The notes under the pieces: generated by a model
What the model saw: only the letters and a program-made list of their open reading frames with translations
What the model was told of the DNA's origin: nothing
Databases searched by the model: none
Shown: piece by piece, positions 35,451 through 45,497 of the stretch
How the letters are laid out: each line of letters starts with the position of its first letter
How positions within the stretch are numbered: the stretch's first letter is position 1
Translations under genes and position numbers: made by a program
Source: an uncultured Planctomycetales bacterium
GTDB taxonomy: Bacteria > Omnitrophota > Gorgyraeia > Zapsychrales > JANLHA01
Length of the DNA stretch: 64,000 nucleotides
NCBI GenBank assembly: GCA_964595465.1
Contig: CAZQQI010000006.1
Coordinates: forward strand, 655-64,654
Direction: 5' to 3'

Positions 35451-36470
35451 TTATTCCGAGCGGGTTTTGCGAGTCATAAGGGCTTTTAGGGCCTGGCGGG
35501 GTGATGATTTTTGGTAAATCAAGTTATACACCTCAGCGGCAATGGGCATATCTACGCCGTGCTGGTCTGCCAGTCTGACTACAGCTTTGACCGTCTCGAC
35601 CCCTTCGGCAACCATAGACATGTGTTCAAGAATTTCTTTAATGGACTTCCCTGATCCCAGAAGTTCACCGACACGGCGGTTACGGCTGTGCTCGCTGAAA
35701 CAGGTCGTGGCCAGATCTCCCAGGCCGGTCAAGCCGTAAAAGGTCTGTTTTTTTGCGCCCATGGTCTGACCGAGACGGGACATTTCCGCGAGGCCCCGGG
35801 CCAGGATAGCGGATTTGGTGTTTGTTCCCAGATTCAGACCGTCGGCGACACCGCAGGCGATGGCAATGACATTTTTCAGGCTCCCTCCCAGTTCAACACC
35901 GCAGACGTCATCATTGGTGTAAATACGGAATGTGTCGGAATTAAAGACAGACTGCAGGTCGCGGGCTAACTGCTCATCACGGCTGGCAATGACCGCTGTT
36001 GAAGGGATATTTTTGACCAGTTCTTTCGCGATGGTCGGGCCGGAGAGAACGCCCAGTTTGACCGGTCCCAGGAATTTTCGTATCAGCTGGGACATGCGCA
36101 GGAGATCGTCAGGATCAATACCTTTGACTATGCTGAGAAAAGAACGGGTTTTGAAATCAATGGTCTCTTGTGAACGGACATCGGCGATCTGCTGCAGGAC
36201 GCCGCGCAGATATTGAGACGGCACACCCAGCACGATGATGTTGCCATGGTTTAATGCTGTGGTCAGATCCGCGGTCGGCTCGATCGTGCGGGGAAGTTCT
36301 ACTTCCGGCAGAAAGGCGCGGTTCTCACGATGTTCGTTCATCGCGGTGACGTTTTCTTCGAATGCCCCCCAGAGAGAGACCCGGTGCCCGGCCTTGGCCA
36401 AATAAACCGCCAGGGTGGTGCCCCAGCTGCCGTCTCCGATCACTGAAATGGAATGTTTTTTGTTTGTCAT
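35451..36470 (-). CDS. gpsA: NAD(P)H-dependent glycerol-3-phosphate dehydrogenase
   Basis: GDGSWGT, LSGP, GG.LKNV.AI..G, GLGDL..TC.S.HSRN and EG..T. Confidence 0.96.
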   Translation of the reverse strand: MTNKKHSISVIGDGSWGTTLAVYLAKAGHRVSLWGAFEENVTAMNEHRENRAFLPEVELPRTIEPTADLTTALNHGNIIVLGVPSQYLRGVLQQIADVRSQETIDFKTRSFLSIVKGIDPDDLLRMSQLIRKFLGPVKLGVLSGPTIAKELVKNIPSTAVIASRDEQLARDLQSVFNSDTFRIYTNDDVCGVELGGSLKNVIAIACGVADGLNLGTNTKSAILARGLAEMSRLGQTMGAKKQTFYGLTGLGDLATTCFSEHSRNRRVGELLGSGKSIKEILEHMSMVAEGVETVKAVVRLADQHGVDMPIAAEVYNLIYQKSSPRQALKALMTRKTRSE

Positions 36471-36539
36471 ATTTTTACTCCGTGGGAGTATTATAACTTT
36501 TTCCTTTTCATGTGCAAGGCCCTATGTTAATTTCACAAT

Positions 36540-37199
36540 ATGAAGAATGACAGAAAAACAATCTTCCTGTTTATATTTGGTGCGACATTTTTGTTAAGTG
36601 TTTTGTCTTTTGTTGAGTCTGTGCAGACGGTGGTGTTGCGATTTATTCCGGATATACGGCAGCTTAATATTCTTCCCCCTGTGTGGTCTGGCAGGCATAT
36701 CTTTTGGTATTGTTTTTTGGCGGCCGGACTTGTTTATCTTTCAGCGCTTTTTTTACATTGGGTCTTTCCCCGATCGATAAGGAACGTTCGGCGCTTAGGT
36801 GTTATGTGTTTATTGGGTGTCTGGGCGGGTTTATTCTTACTGCAGACCTTGCGCGTTGAGATGTTCTTATGCGAAATCCTTGGTTCAAATAGAAAAAGAA
36901 TGTTATCGGATATCATCTGGCCTTTCTATGTTCGGGCTCAATATATACGTCAAGCCTACCCGCAATGCCGCTCTCTACAATATGTGACCGATATGGATCT
37001 TTCTCATGATCCGGGAATGGTAACGCAGCGTATATGGGCCTATTATCTTTATCCTTTAGATCTGCGCGGGATACGCGGGGATTCCAAATCTCCCGATTGT
37101 CTGTTTATTTTTCAGTCGGATAATGTTCCTCTTCGCCTGCCGAAAGGCTATTCTCTAGAATTGAAGGATCGGCACATGGGATTGGCCGTAAAACGTTAG
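36540..37199 (+). CDS. Membrane protein of unknown function
   Basis: Three N-terminal TMs and a YYLYP motif; precedes a GT-C-like gene. Confidence 0.65.
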   Translation: MKNDRKTIFLFIFGATFLLSVLSFVESVQTVVLRFIPDIRQLNILPPVWSGRHIFWYCFLAAGLVYLSALFLHWVFPRSIRNVRRLGVMCLLGVWAGLFLLQTLRVEMFLCEILGSNRKRMLSDIIWPFYVRAQYIRQAYPQCRSLQYVTDMDLSHDPGMVTQRIWAYYLYPLDLRGIRGDSKSPDCLFIFQSDNVPLRLPKGYSLELKDRHMGLAVKR

Positions 37200-37206
37200 G
37201 GATCTT

Positions 37207-38592
37207 ATGGATGTCATAATCCTCTTTGCTCATATTTTATGGTTGACGCTATCCGGGGCAGTCCTTTTTTATTTTATGACCGGGGACAGGCGCCAAGGTC
37301 TTGATGGCCTATTTGCTGTCGGGGGCGGGATCGGGTTGGCGTTTGGATTGTTGAGCTGGTGGTTATTTTTATGCGGGGTCTTTGATATTTTTCGGGGACC
37401 GACGGGGAGCGTTGTGTTTTATCTTTTCATAGTTGCCCTCGTGGTCCTGATTATGGTTAAGAAGCTGCCGTCAAATCAAGGGCTTAGCTTTTGCCGACAG
37501 TCTTTGAAAACATCGACAATCTGGGAAAGCGCTTTGTTATGCATCGTCGCTTTTTATGTCTTTTTTATATGGATCAGCGCTTTGACCGTGCCGATATCTT
37601 CTTGGGATGCCTGGGCGACGATTGCCTTTAAGGCTAAGATTTTCTTTTATGAACGGAGCTTTGCGTACAATGCCCATTTGCCGCATCCCTCCTATCCCCT
37701 TCTCACGCCGCTTCTGCAGACCTGGACAGCATTTACAATCGGAAGATGGGATGAATTTTTGACCAAGATCATCTTTCCCTTATTCGGTACCGCCTATATT
37801 GCGATCCATTATGGATTTTTGAAAAGAGTTTGCGGACGGACTTTGGCGTTGTTAGGTACAGTTTTTTTAATCAGTTCGTTTAGCTTTGTTTTATTTTGCA
37901 GTTTAGGATATCGGGACATTATTCTTACATATTATAACTGTGCGGCTGTTATATTGTTGTATACGGTCTTTTATGAAAACAAAGGGTTTCCTTCGATCCT
38001 CGCGGCCGGGCTGTTTTCCGGGTTTGCTGCTTTTACAAAATTAGAGGGTATAGGCTATGTGTTCATACATGCAGTTCTGGCTGCTGGGCTTTTGTGGCGC
38101 AGGACGGACATATCCATTAAGCTTCGTTTGAAGCAGTTTGCCTGTTTTGTTGCGCCCCCGGTCATCATCATTGTTTTTTATTGGCTATTTAAACAACACG
38201 CCGGAATCGCTCTGGGAGAAGGCGGTAAGACGGAAATTATTCTGACCGTGGATGTCTTCCAGCGGCTGAAGACGATCGCTGCGGCTTTTTATCAAAATCT
38301 CTTTGTTTATTTAAACTGGAGCTGGAACTGGTATTTTCTGCTGGGTCTTTGTATCTTTTCCTTTAAAAAACGATTTTCATCGGGTTCCCGTTTTTTTATA
38401 ACAAGTATTTTTTTATTTCTTTTAGCCGACTGTGCTCTGCTTTTATTCACGCCAAATTATAAATACATTTTAGACGGGCAGCTGCTTTCTCGCTTAATTC
38501 TGCATTTTTTCCCCCTTTGTCCCATCGCCAGCGTGTTTCTGTTATTCGACATGAAGTTTCTTGAGCCGGACGGTCATAAACAGTCCTGCTAA
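37207..38592 (+). CDS. GT-C fold (ArnT/PMT-like) membrane glycosyltransferase
   Basis: About 12 TMs; P..SWDA...., HPSYP and TK.EG motifs typical of this family. Confidence 0.7.
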   Translation: MDVIILFAHILWLTLSGAVLFYFMTGDRRQGLDGLFAVGGGIGLAFGLLSWWLFLCGVFDIFRGPTGSVVFYLFIVALVVLIMVKKLPSNQGLSFCRQSLKTSTIWESALLCIVAFYVFFIWISALTVPISSWDAWATIAFKAKIFFYERSFAYNAHLPHPSYPLLTPLLQTWTAFTIGRWDEFLTKIIFPLFGTAYIAIHYGFLKRVCGRTLALLGTVFLISSFSFVLFCSLGYRDIILTYYNCAAVILLYTVFYENKGFPSILAAGLFSGFAAFTKLEGIGYVFIHAVLAAGLLWRRTDISIKLRLKQFACFVAPPVIIIVFYWLFKQHAGIALGEGGKTEIILTVDVFQRLKTIAAAFYQNLFVYLNWSWNWYFLLGLCIFSFKKRFSSGSRFFITSIFLFLLADCALLLFTPNYKYILDGQLLSRLILHFFPLCPIASVFLLFDMKFLEPDGHKQSC

Positions 38593-39321
38593 GCGGTTGA
38601 TTGAGTTGCTTAATCGTTCTAGCTTACGAATGAATGTATAGCTGCGATTCGGGACCAGTTGTTGAAAGGATAATCCTCCGCTCAGCAGATAACTTAAAGG
38701 GGTGTGGACAGTGATATCATATAGCTGTAAGGCCGGGAACTCTGCCTTAAAACAGTCCTGATCTCTTACGAATATGATCCAAGGCAGTGCACCATTGGCA
38801 CATGATAAGGGGGTGTCAGCGGAGAGTTCCCAATTTTCAGCAGACGGATAAAATCCTTCATGATGAATATGTGTGTATATAAAACGGCTGAACAGGGTAT
38901 TGGCTGGTTCGATTAGGATGAGCTCTCCTCCGTTCTTTAAACATCGGCAAGCCTCGTTCAAAAATAGTCGGGGTTGATGGATGTGATGCAGGACATTAAG
39001 CAAAAAAATTCCTTTAAATGTGTTTTGCTTGAACGGAAGACAAATGGCAGAACAGCAGATATCCACAGAGGATAACGGCAAGAGGTCAGAGGTAATAATA
39101 TCCGGGTATATGTCTTTTAGGAATCCTGGTCCGCTGCCGATCTCCAAAAATTTAGCTGGCTCATTGCGCTGGATGGATTCTAAAAATATGGCATAAAACT
39201 CCGCGTATAGATTTTTTAAAAACGGTTTTGAACAAATGATCTCTCTATGATGACGGATTGTCTCAAGAGAATCTAGAGATGAATCAGGGACAGTATCAGA
39301 AAGGCGTAGGGGATTAAGAAG
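38542..39321 (-). CDS. Class I SAM-dependent methyltransferase; true start uncertain (no ATG/GTG/TTG upstream of the SAM motif)
   Basis: LEIGSG.G, NVLHH and IEP motifs. The frame stays open to 39351 and encodes a plausible N-terminus (LDSLETIRHHREII..KPFLKNLY). Confidence 0.7.
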   Translation of the reverse strand, partial: LLNPLRLSDTVPDSSLDSLETIRHHREIICSKPFLKNLYAEFYAIFLESIQRNEPAKFLEIGSGPGFLKDIYPDIITSDLLPLSSVDICCSAICLPFKQNTFKGIFLLNVLHHIHQPRLFLNEACRCLKNGGELILIEPANTLFSRFIYTHIHHEGFYPSAENWELSADTPLSCANGALPWIIFVRDQDCFKAEFPALQLYDITVHTPLSYLLSGGLSFQQLVPNRSYTFIRKLERLSNSINRLAGLFMTVRLKKLHVE

Positions 39322-39331
39322 TGTCTTATTA

Positions 39332-40744
39332 TCAAAAGAATTTAAATTTTCTCATCGCTACCCAGGACATTTTGAATAGGAACAGTCCATGATAAAAGCG
39401 GCGGATCTGGGTGCTGCCATACCGGCGTTCTTTGTAATGGATGGGAAGCTCCAGGATTTTAAGGTTAGATTTTGCCGCGCCGAAGAGTAGGGCGAAATCT
39501 CCGAATGGATCGAAACTGCTGAAGCCGGCGTCAGAGCGAACGAACGTTTCATAGTGATCGCGGAACAGGACCTTTGTCCCGCAGAGAGTATCCTTGAGAG
39601 GCTGTCCCAGGAGCCAGCTGAAGAGGATCCCGAAAAATTTGTTAGCGATCAGATTCAATGTTCGCATAGCCTCTTTTTCCATGGGGTATACCAGCCGGCA
39701 GCCGTTGATAAACTCTCCTTTATGTGTCTGAATGGCATGATAAAATTTTGGCAGGGTTTCCGGCGCAACCGTCAGATCTGCATCCAGGATCATAAGGATA
39801 TTCCCATTCGCTTTGCGGAAACCTTCCCATACGGCATCTGCCTTCCCCTTGCCCGGCTGACGGTAGGCGCGTATATCCTTTTCTGTTCCATATTTTTCTA
39901 TGATCCGCTGAACTTCCTCATATGATCCGTCTTGTGAACCACCTTCTACAAAAATAAATTCTTGGTTTTTTCCGAATACCGGTGTTCGGCGAACGGCCGG
40001 TTCGATATTTCCGCGTTCGTTTCGGCAGGGAATGATTATGCTGACACTATATTCGGGATGTTTTCTGGTTTCCGGCTTCAGACGGGCAATCATAAAATGG
40101 TTCAGGGTAAAGGCATTTAAAAGCGGTAAATTCGCTGCTATCTTATTGAGAAAAGGCGACAACAAAGGGATATATAACGGGAAAAGAATGCGCCGTTCTA
40201 AGCGGATGTTTTCGTAGTCCGTTAAGCGGAAAAAGTTACGCAGGTCATTAGCGGTAAACCAGTTCTGAGTTTTTTGCGGCATTTTAAGATGCAACTTCTC
40301 GGCGAGCTTTAGGATTAACTGCCATAGATAACTGTAATATTCTATGATGATTCGGGTGTGAGGCGCGCAGAAACGGCGGAGTTGATTCAGAAACTCCTGA
40401 ATATCCGGACACTCACCTAACGTGCCGCTGACAAGAATATAGTCAAATGGCTGTTCGCTATCGAGTCCGTTTAGGGCCTGTGAAGAAAAATGCAGGTTAG
40501 GAAATTTTTCCCGGGCACAGGATATCACGGCAGAACTGACATCCACTCCCAGGCCGTATGAAGGATGGACAGCGTTAAGAAGTTCACCTGTTCCGCAGCC
40601 GATTTCCAGAACCCGTTTACCGGCTGGAACAATATGACGATAATACTCGAAAAGCATATTGTAATAATATTTATGCCGAGTTATATATTTTTTTCGACAG
40701 TTAGTGATGCGGTCATAATGCTGAGGGATCTTTTCAGAGTTCAT
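39332..40744 (-). CDS. Bifunctional class I SAM methyltransferase / GT2 glycosyltransferase
   Basis: VLEIGCGTG; IIPCRNE, ILDAD, DTLCGTK and DPFGDF. Confidence 0.9.
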   Translation of the reverse strand: MNSEKIPQHYDRITNCRKKYITRHKYYYNMLFEYYRHIVPAGKRVLEIGCGTGELLNAVHPSYGLGVDVSSAVISCAREKFPNLHFSSQALNGLDSEQPFDYILVSGTLGECPDIQEFLNQLRRFCAPHTRIIIEYYSYLWQLILKLAEKLHLKMPQKTQNWFTANDLRNFFRLTDYENIRLERRILFPLYIPLLSPFLNKIAANLPLLNAFTLNHFMIARLKPETRKHPEYSVSIIIPCRNERGNIEPAVRRTPVFGKNQEFIFVEGGSQDGSYEEVQRIIEKYGTEKDIRAYRQPGKGKADAVWEGFRKANGNILMILDADLTVAPETLPKFYHAIQTHKGEFINGCRLVYPMEKEAMRTLNLIANKFFGILFSWLLGQPLKDTLCGTKVLFRDHYETFVRSDAGFSSFDPFGDFALLFGAAKSNLKILELPIHYKERRYGSTQIRRFYHGLFLFKMSWVAMRKFKFF

Positions 40745-40752
40745 AAGGATCC

Positions 40753-42618
40753 TTAATGTCTGACGTTATATAATGCGAAGACTTCATTGGCATAAAGGCG
40801 ATCCAGATAAGGGGATTCCGGCAGGTTGAGATAATTCAGCGCAACGATATAATCCGCCTGATAGGTCTCCAGTGCTTTCTTCAGGGCCGGCGCCGGCGGC
40901 TGTTGAAGAAAAACCTGGTAGGCGCCGATATCCTCTAGACGTTTTTGCCATTCCTCCCCTGCCGCGTAATCAAATCCCACCACACCGCAGTCCCGGTAAG
41001 ACATGATAATGCTTCTCTCCGATCCGATACGGAATCCGCCCATCTCCATGTCATGCGGGACCAGGAACAGCGCGTCCTGTGGAGTATGTTCGCGCACATA
41101 ATCCTGCATATCCAGCCAGGCCCGCTGCAGCTGCCAGAAGCCGCTGCCGTAGCGTTCCAGACGGTACCGCCGGTAATGGTAATAGGAGAAATTCAGCAGA
41201 AGGCAGAAAAATGGCAGGACCAGCAGGATCAGGCCCAGGATATTGCGTTGATGAGGTCGTTTGAATAAACAGAAAAGCAGACCTAACACAACCGTTCCGG
41301 CGAGACATACCGCCAAAGTCAGCCAGGTGGCCAGGCTGTATGATTGATTTTTTATTAGATAAGCGATCATTATCAATGAAAAAACCAGCAAGATCATTCC
41401 CAGGACCTGCAGTCCTCTTCGCGGGTGTGTCTGACCGTAGGCGTGATCCAGGGTGCAGATGCCGAATATGCCCAGAGTGCTGAAGCAGACAAATTCCGGA
41501 CCCAGGCGGAAGAACGGCAGAAATAAGATCATTCCAGCCAGTGGAATAAACCGCTGAAGACGGAAACGGTGGTAGATGAGGATCACGGTCTGCGCCATCA
41601 GAACGAAGGTCATAAATTGGAGATTACGGATCAGATTCAGATCGATCACAAAGCGGCTGGGCCAAATATAGGTAAATAGGAAAGAGATCAGGAGAAAGAC
41701 GGTTCCCGCTTCCATAATGGCGCGTGACCGTTTGTCTTTTTGAAAAACCGGATTGTAGAAAATATTCAGGAGAAAGAGTGCCGCAGTCTGCCAGTAGACC
41801 GCTGTGGTTTGCCAGAATGCTGAAAAACTCTGGAACACGCTTTTCAGAGAGTGGTGATAAAGCAGGAAATTCTGCGGACAGGCCAGCTGATACAGCGGCC
41901 ACCATTGGTCGCGTGAAGGAGATGAAACCGGGGCGCTGAGAAATTTGTTACGGAAGATCCAGATGAGAATCGGCAGGGCACATAGTATAAAGGCACTGAT
42001 GCTCTGCAGGATCTTTTTCCAGCGGACCGGACGTGAACGAAAAAGAAACCAGAGAATGTAGACCAGAGGAAAAATGCTGTAGAGAACATGAACATTGGCA
42101 GCGAGTCCGAGTACAGCAGCGGCTGCCACATAACGTTTCCGATAGAACAGATAAAGCCCGCCGAAAATTATGGCGAGGGCAAATTCCTGATGCGAAAAGG
42201 TGCGGTAAAGGAATTCCTCCACCCTGCCCAGCAGAATGATCATACTGACGCAGAGAAACGCGTTAAAGCGGTCTTTGCTGACGCAATGCCAGAGTTTATA
42301 CATGAAGAAAAACAAGACATAGCGGCTGATCAGGTACAGTAAGAAAAAGACCGCGGGTATCTGCGCCGTGGTGATCAAGCGGGATAATATGGGATACAAA
42401 TAAGTGATAAAATTACCGACCAGGGCATCGACATAATAATCTCCGGGATAAAGGTCGGGATTGATGAGGCGTTTGAGCAGAGGGATTTCGAGATGCTGGT
42501 CATCCCAGCCGTAGGTGTAGCCGTTGGTGGCGAGGAATACACCGAGCAGGAGCAGACTGATGACCCAGTCTGTTTGTACTATCGATATGAATTTCAGCCG
42601 CCACGATTCACGTTTCAC
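40753..42618 (-). CDS. Large polytopic membrane protein, probable GT-C-type glycan-modifying enzyme
   Basis: More than 12 TMs, N-terminal loop GWDDQH..P..YPGD and a soluble C-terminal domain; start uncertain (GTG 42618). Confidence 0.65.
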   Translation of the reverse strand: MKRESWRLKFISIVQTDWVISLLLLGVFLATNGYTYGWDDQHLEIPLLKRLINPDLYPGDYYVDALVGNFITYLYPILSRLITTAQIPAVFFLLYLISRYVLFFFMYKLWHCVSKDRFNAFLCVSMIILLGRVEEFLYRTFSHQEFALAIIFGGLYLFYRKRYVAAAAVLGLAANVHVLYSIFPLVYILWFLFRSRPVRWKKILQSISAFILCALPILIWIFRNKFLSAPVSSPSRDQWWPLYQLACPQNFLLYHHSLKSVFQSFSAFWQTTAVYWQTAALFLLNIFYNPVFQKDKRSRAIMEAGTVFLLISFLFTYIWPSRFVIDLNLIRNLQFMTFVLMAQTVILIYHRFRLQRFIPLAGMILFLPFFRLGPEFVCFSTLGIFGICTLDHAYGQTHPRRGLQVLGMILLVFSLIMIAYLIKNQSYSLATWLTLAVCLAGTVVLGLLFCLFKRPHQRNILGLILLVLPFFCLLLNFSYYHYRRYRLERYGSGFWQLQRAWLDMQDYVREHTPQDALFLVPHDMEMGGFRIGSERSIIMSYRDCGVVGFDYAAGEEWQKRLEDIGAYQVFLQQPPAPALKKALETYQADYIVALNYLNLPESPYLDRLYANEVFALYNVRH

Positions 42619-42636
42619 GTTTCCCGTTTCCCGTTT
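42602..42636. repeat. Five tandem 7-bp repeats (CMCGTTT)
   Basis: CACGATT CACGTTT CACGTTT CCCGTTT CCCGTTT. Confidence 0.8.
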
Positions 42637-42638
42637 TG

Positions 42639-43367
42639 TTATTTCCAGACAAAGACTTCCCGGACAACTTGCCACATGTAGGCGGCTCCCCAGCGCAGGA
42701 CCTGCAGTTTGCGTTCTCCTCCCTCCCGCGCCGGTTCATCGCCGGGGATCTCGGTGACCTTTAGACCGCGTTTAGCGGCACGTACAGATAAGAGCGGTTC
42801 CCAGCTGATATTGGTGCCGAAGAGGCTCTCTTCAAAGGCGTAAGAATCCTCTTTATCCAGATCCAGTTCAGCCGGAAGATCTGTGCGGTAAGCACGATAA
42901 ATGACCATGGCGTCGGTATACTGCGCGCCGTGGAGAAGATTGATCGTCGTCGTAAACAGTTTATTGCCGAACCCGGTTACGGCATCATCATCGTAACTCC
43001 GGGCGTCGTCTTTGTAGCGGGAGACAATGACCATGTCATGCCCCTCACGCATTTTGTTAAGGCATTCGGGTATAAGCTCGGGTATGGAATTCCCGTCCGG
43101 GCTGAAGGTCAGGACAACGTCACCTTTAATATGCGGCCAGGCCTCCATATAGGCGTGACGCATGCCTTTTTTCTGCTGAACGACCACATCATAGCCCAGT
43201 TCCCGGGCGTAGTCAGCTGTTCCGTCCGTTGACTGTCCGTCAACGACCAGGATCTGATCGATCCAGTCGGGATTGACCTTTGGCATCACGGTCTTCATCC
43301 CTTCGATCTCATTAAGTGTGGGTACCAGCAGGGTTACGGTCATACGGGATATCCTTTCTGCGTTCAT
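42639..43367 (-). CDS. GT2 glycosyltransferase (DPM1/polyprenol-phosphate glycosyltransferase-like)
   Basis: PTLNE, VVDGQSTDGT, SPDG and SRY. Confidence 0.88.
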   Translation of the reverse strand: MNAERISRMTVTLLVPTLNEIEGMKTVMPKVNPDWIDQILVVDGQSTDGTADYARELGYDVVVQQKKGMRHAYMEAWPHIKGDVVLTFSPDGNSIPELIPECLNKMREGHDMVIVSRYKDDARSYDDDAVTGFGNKLFTTTINLLHGAQYTDAMVIYRAYRTDLPAELDLDKEDSYAFEESLFGTNISWEPLLSVRAAKRGLKVTEIPGDEPAREGGERKLQVLRWGAAYMWQVVREVFVWK

Positions 43368-43514
43368 GTTATCTAACGTTCATTATAGCGAACAGAAAAT
43401 GAAATCCCACCCTTTTTCCACTCTTTTCTTTCAGACATACAAAAACCCGTTGAAATAATTCAACGGGCTGAAAGGATTATTTGAGATGGCGCGGATAATA
43501 TAAAAATGTAAAAC

Positions 43515-43588
43515 TGGAGCGGGAGAAGGGAATCGAACCCTCGTATCCAGCTTGGAAGGCTGGTGTTCTGCCACTGAACTACTCCCGC
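43515..43588 (-). tRNA. tRNA-Gly(TCC)
   Basis: GCGGGAG...CCAGC-CT-TCC-AA-GCTGG...GGTTCGATTCC..CTCCCGCTCCA; 74 nt. Confidence 0.96.
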
Positions 43589-43632
43589 GAATAGGATATC
43601 CCTGAAAAGATTTTGGTGGGATGTATAAAAAA

Positions 43633-43715
43633 TGGGCAGGGGAGGATTCGAACCTCCGAAGCGCTGGCGCAACAGATTTACAGTCTGTCCTCGTTGACCA
43701 CTTGAGTACCTGCCC
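43633..43715 (-). tRNA. tRNA-Tyr(GTA), CCA not encoded
   Basis: GGGCAGG...ACAGA-CT-GTA-AA-TCTGT, long variable arm, GGTTCGAATCC..CCTGCCCA. Confidence 0.95.
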
Positions 43716-43818
43716 GTGAAATAAAAAAGTTATAAAAGAACTGGGGCTTCCCCCTCACCCCCTGTGGTCGGGGTGGTATGTAATCTGTAAGAACATCTAT
43801 TACAATAACATTCATATC

Positions 43819-43894
<76 letters not shown>

Positions 43895-43994
43895 CCATAT
43901 ATTAGAAATTTGTTTCACAAAGAGGCATAAGTTTATCAAAAATTCTTCTCCCTGTAAAGTCTTAATCTCTTTGAGGATGGGAAAAAAATCGGAT

Positions 43995-45338
43995 TCAGAA
44001 GGTTTTTTCGTTGAAGATATATTGTTCGGATATGAGTGACTCGGCCGTCTCTTCTTTTTCCAGCTTGGCAAGAATATCCCGGATCTTTTGACGGAGAGCC
44101 AGATAGGTCCCTACGTTTTCTCCGGACATCTCCGTTTCAAGTTTGGCCAGCTGGCGCCGGGTGTCGACCAGCTGATCTTTGAGTCGGGCGACTTCGCGGT
44201 CACGATGTTTGATCAGTTTAAGTGTTCCCTTATATCTTTTAGAAAGGCGTTTGAGAGCCAGTTTATCTGCGGCATCTTTTTCGCGGTTGTCGGTTTTAGC
44301 TATTCTTATCCTTTTTTCCAATTGGGAAAGTTCTGCTGTCAGGTTAAGGATCACTTTCTGTTGACGGCGGATCGTGTGCTGGGTGTTTTTTATTTTCTGG
44401 TTGGCCAGAAATAAGCGGCTGGTCATTTTCCGGGTTTCCGGAGAAGTCTGGTTTTTAGAAACAAGGTTTTGGTTTGTCTTATGCGATGTGGATAGACGGC
44501 TTTGTAAATCGCTGATTTTGGAATCCAGCGAAGCGATCATATGGTTTTTGACTTTGAGGGCGTGGCGGGTTTGCCGGCTGTCCTGCGCGACCTGGGCGTA
44601 GTCGGTCTTGAGTGTTGAGATCTGGTGGTCTTTATGATGGATGATCTCTGCCAATCGGTCTGCCACAGCGCGGCTTAAAGTGGTTTCGATGTGAGATTGG
44701 CGTTCCAGCAGGGCCAGGTTCTGATTTAACGAATGGTTCTGCAGGGAGACAAAGGCAATTTTTGCCTGCAGATTCTGCTGCTGTTCATAACTGCGGGCCA
44801 GGAATTTTTCCAGGATCAGGGTCTCACGCTGCAGGGCCAGCCGTTCATTATTCCAGTGCTGACGCGCGTCTTCATATCGGGATTGAAGGTCATGCAGGCT
44901 GGTATCTAATTTTGCCAGGCGGGTTTCCTGTTGGCTCAGGTCGTTTTCTTTTTGAGCGAGGTCCGTCTTGAGGGCCGTGATCTTGTCCGCGCGTTCGCGC
45001 ATGGCTTGCTCAAGGTGGTCAATCTTGAGACGATAAGAGCGTATGAGCTGTTCGTTGCCCAGCTCTTTGCGGGGATCATGGCCGCTATGAGAATAATATC
45101 CGTTTTGAATTCTGCGCAGGTAAAGACGGGCTTCGTCATTATTTCTGTCCAGATCCAGGGCTTTGGTGAAGTAATGGGCTGCTTCCACATAGTGTTCATT
45201 TTGGAGGCGGGATTTAGCCTGATTGGTGAAATGCAGGCTCAGTTTCATTTGCTGCAGGTCGGCCGCGTGAGCGGAAGCGGCGGACATGACGAGAGAACAA
45301 ATTATTGAAAAAAGGAAGCTACGGATTGGGAAACGCAT
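43995..45338 (-). CDS. Secreted protein with one TPR-like unit and a long coiled coil
   Basis: Signal peptide ending AHA; A..YF.KAL.LD..N.EA TPR; heptad-rich remainder. Confidence 0.7.
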   Translation of the reverse strand: MRFPIRSFLFSIICSLVMSAASAHAADLQQMKLSLHFTNQAKSRLQNEHYVEAAHYFTKALDLDRNNDEARLYLRRIQNGYYSHSGHDPRKELGNEQLIRSYRLKIDHLEQAMRERADKITALKTDLAQKENDLSQQETRLAKLDTSLHDLQSRYEDARQHWNNERLALQRETLILEKFLARSYEQQQNLQAKIAFVSLQNHSLNQNLALLERQSHIETTLSRAVADRLAEIIHHKDHQISTLKTDYAQVAQDSRQTRHALKVKNHMIASLDSKISDLQSRLSTSHKTNQNLVSKNQTSPETRKMTSRLFLANQKIKNTQHTIRRQQKVILNLTAELSQLEKRIRIAKTDNREKDAADKLALKRLSKRYKGTLKLIKHRDREVARLKDQLVDTRRQLAKLETEMSGENVGTYLALRQKIRDILAKLEKEETAESLISEQYIFNEKTF

Positions 45339-45497
45339 ATATTAATAATCCTAAATTATCTGCTATTGAAGGCTTAATGTGTCGTAAAGTATACCATTAT
45401 TTTCATACCTTTTACAAGAAAACGCGGTTCCTGAAAGGAAAAAAATTTAAAAAAGTTATTTTTCATGCTAAAATATCACTATATTTAAGGAGATTTC

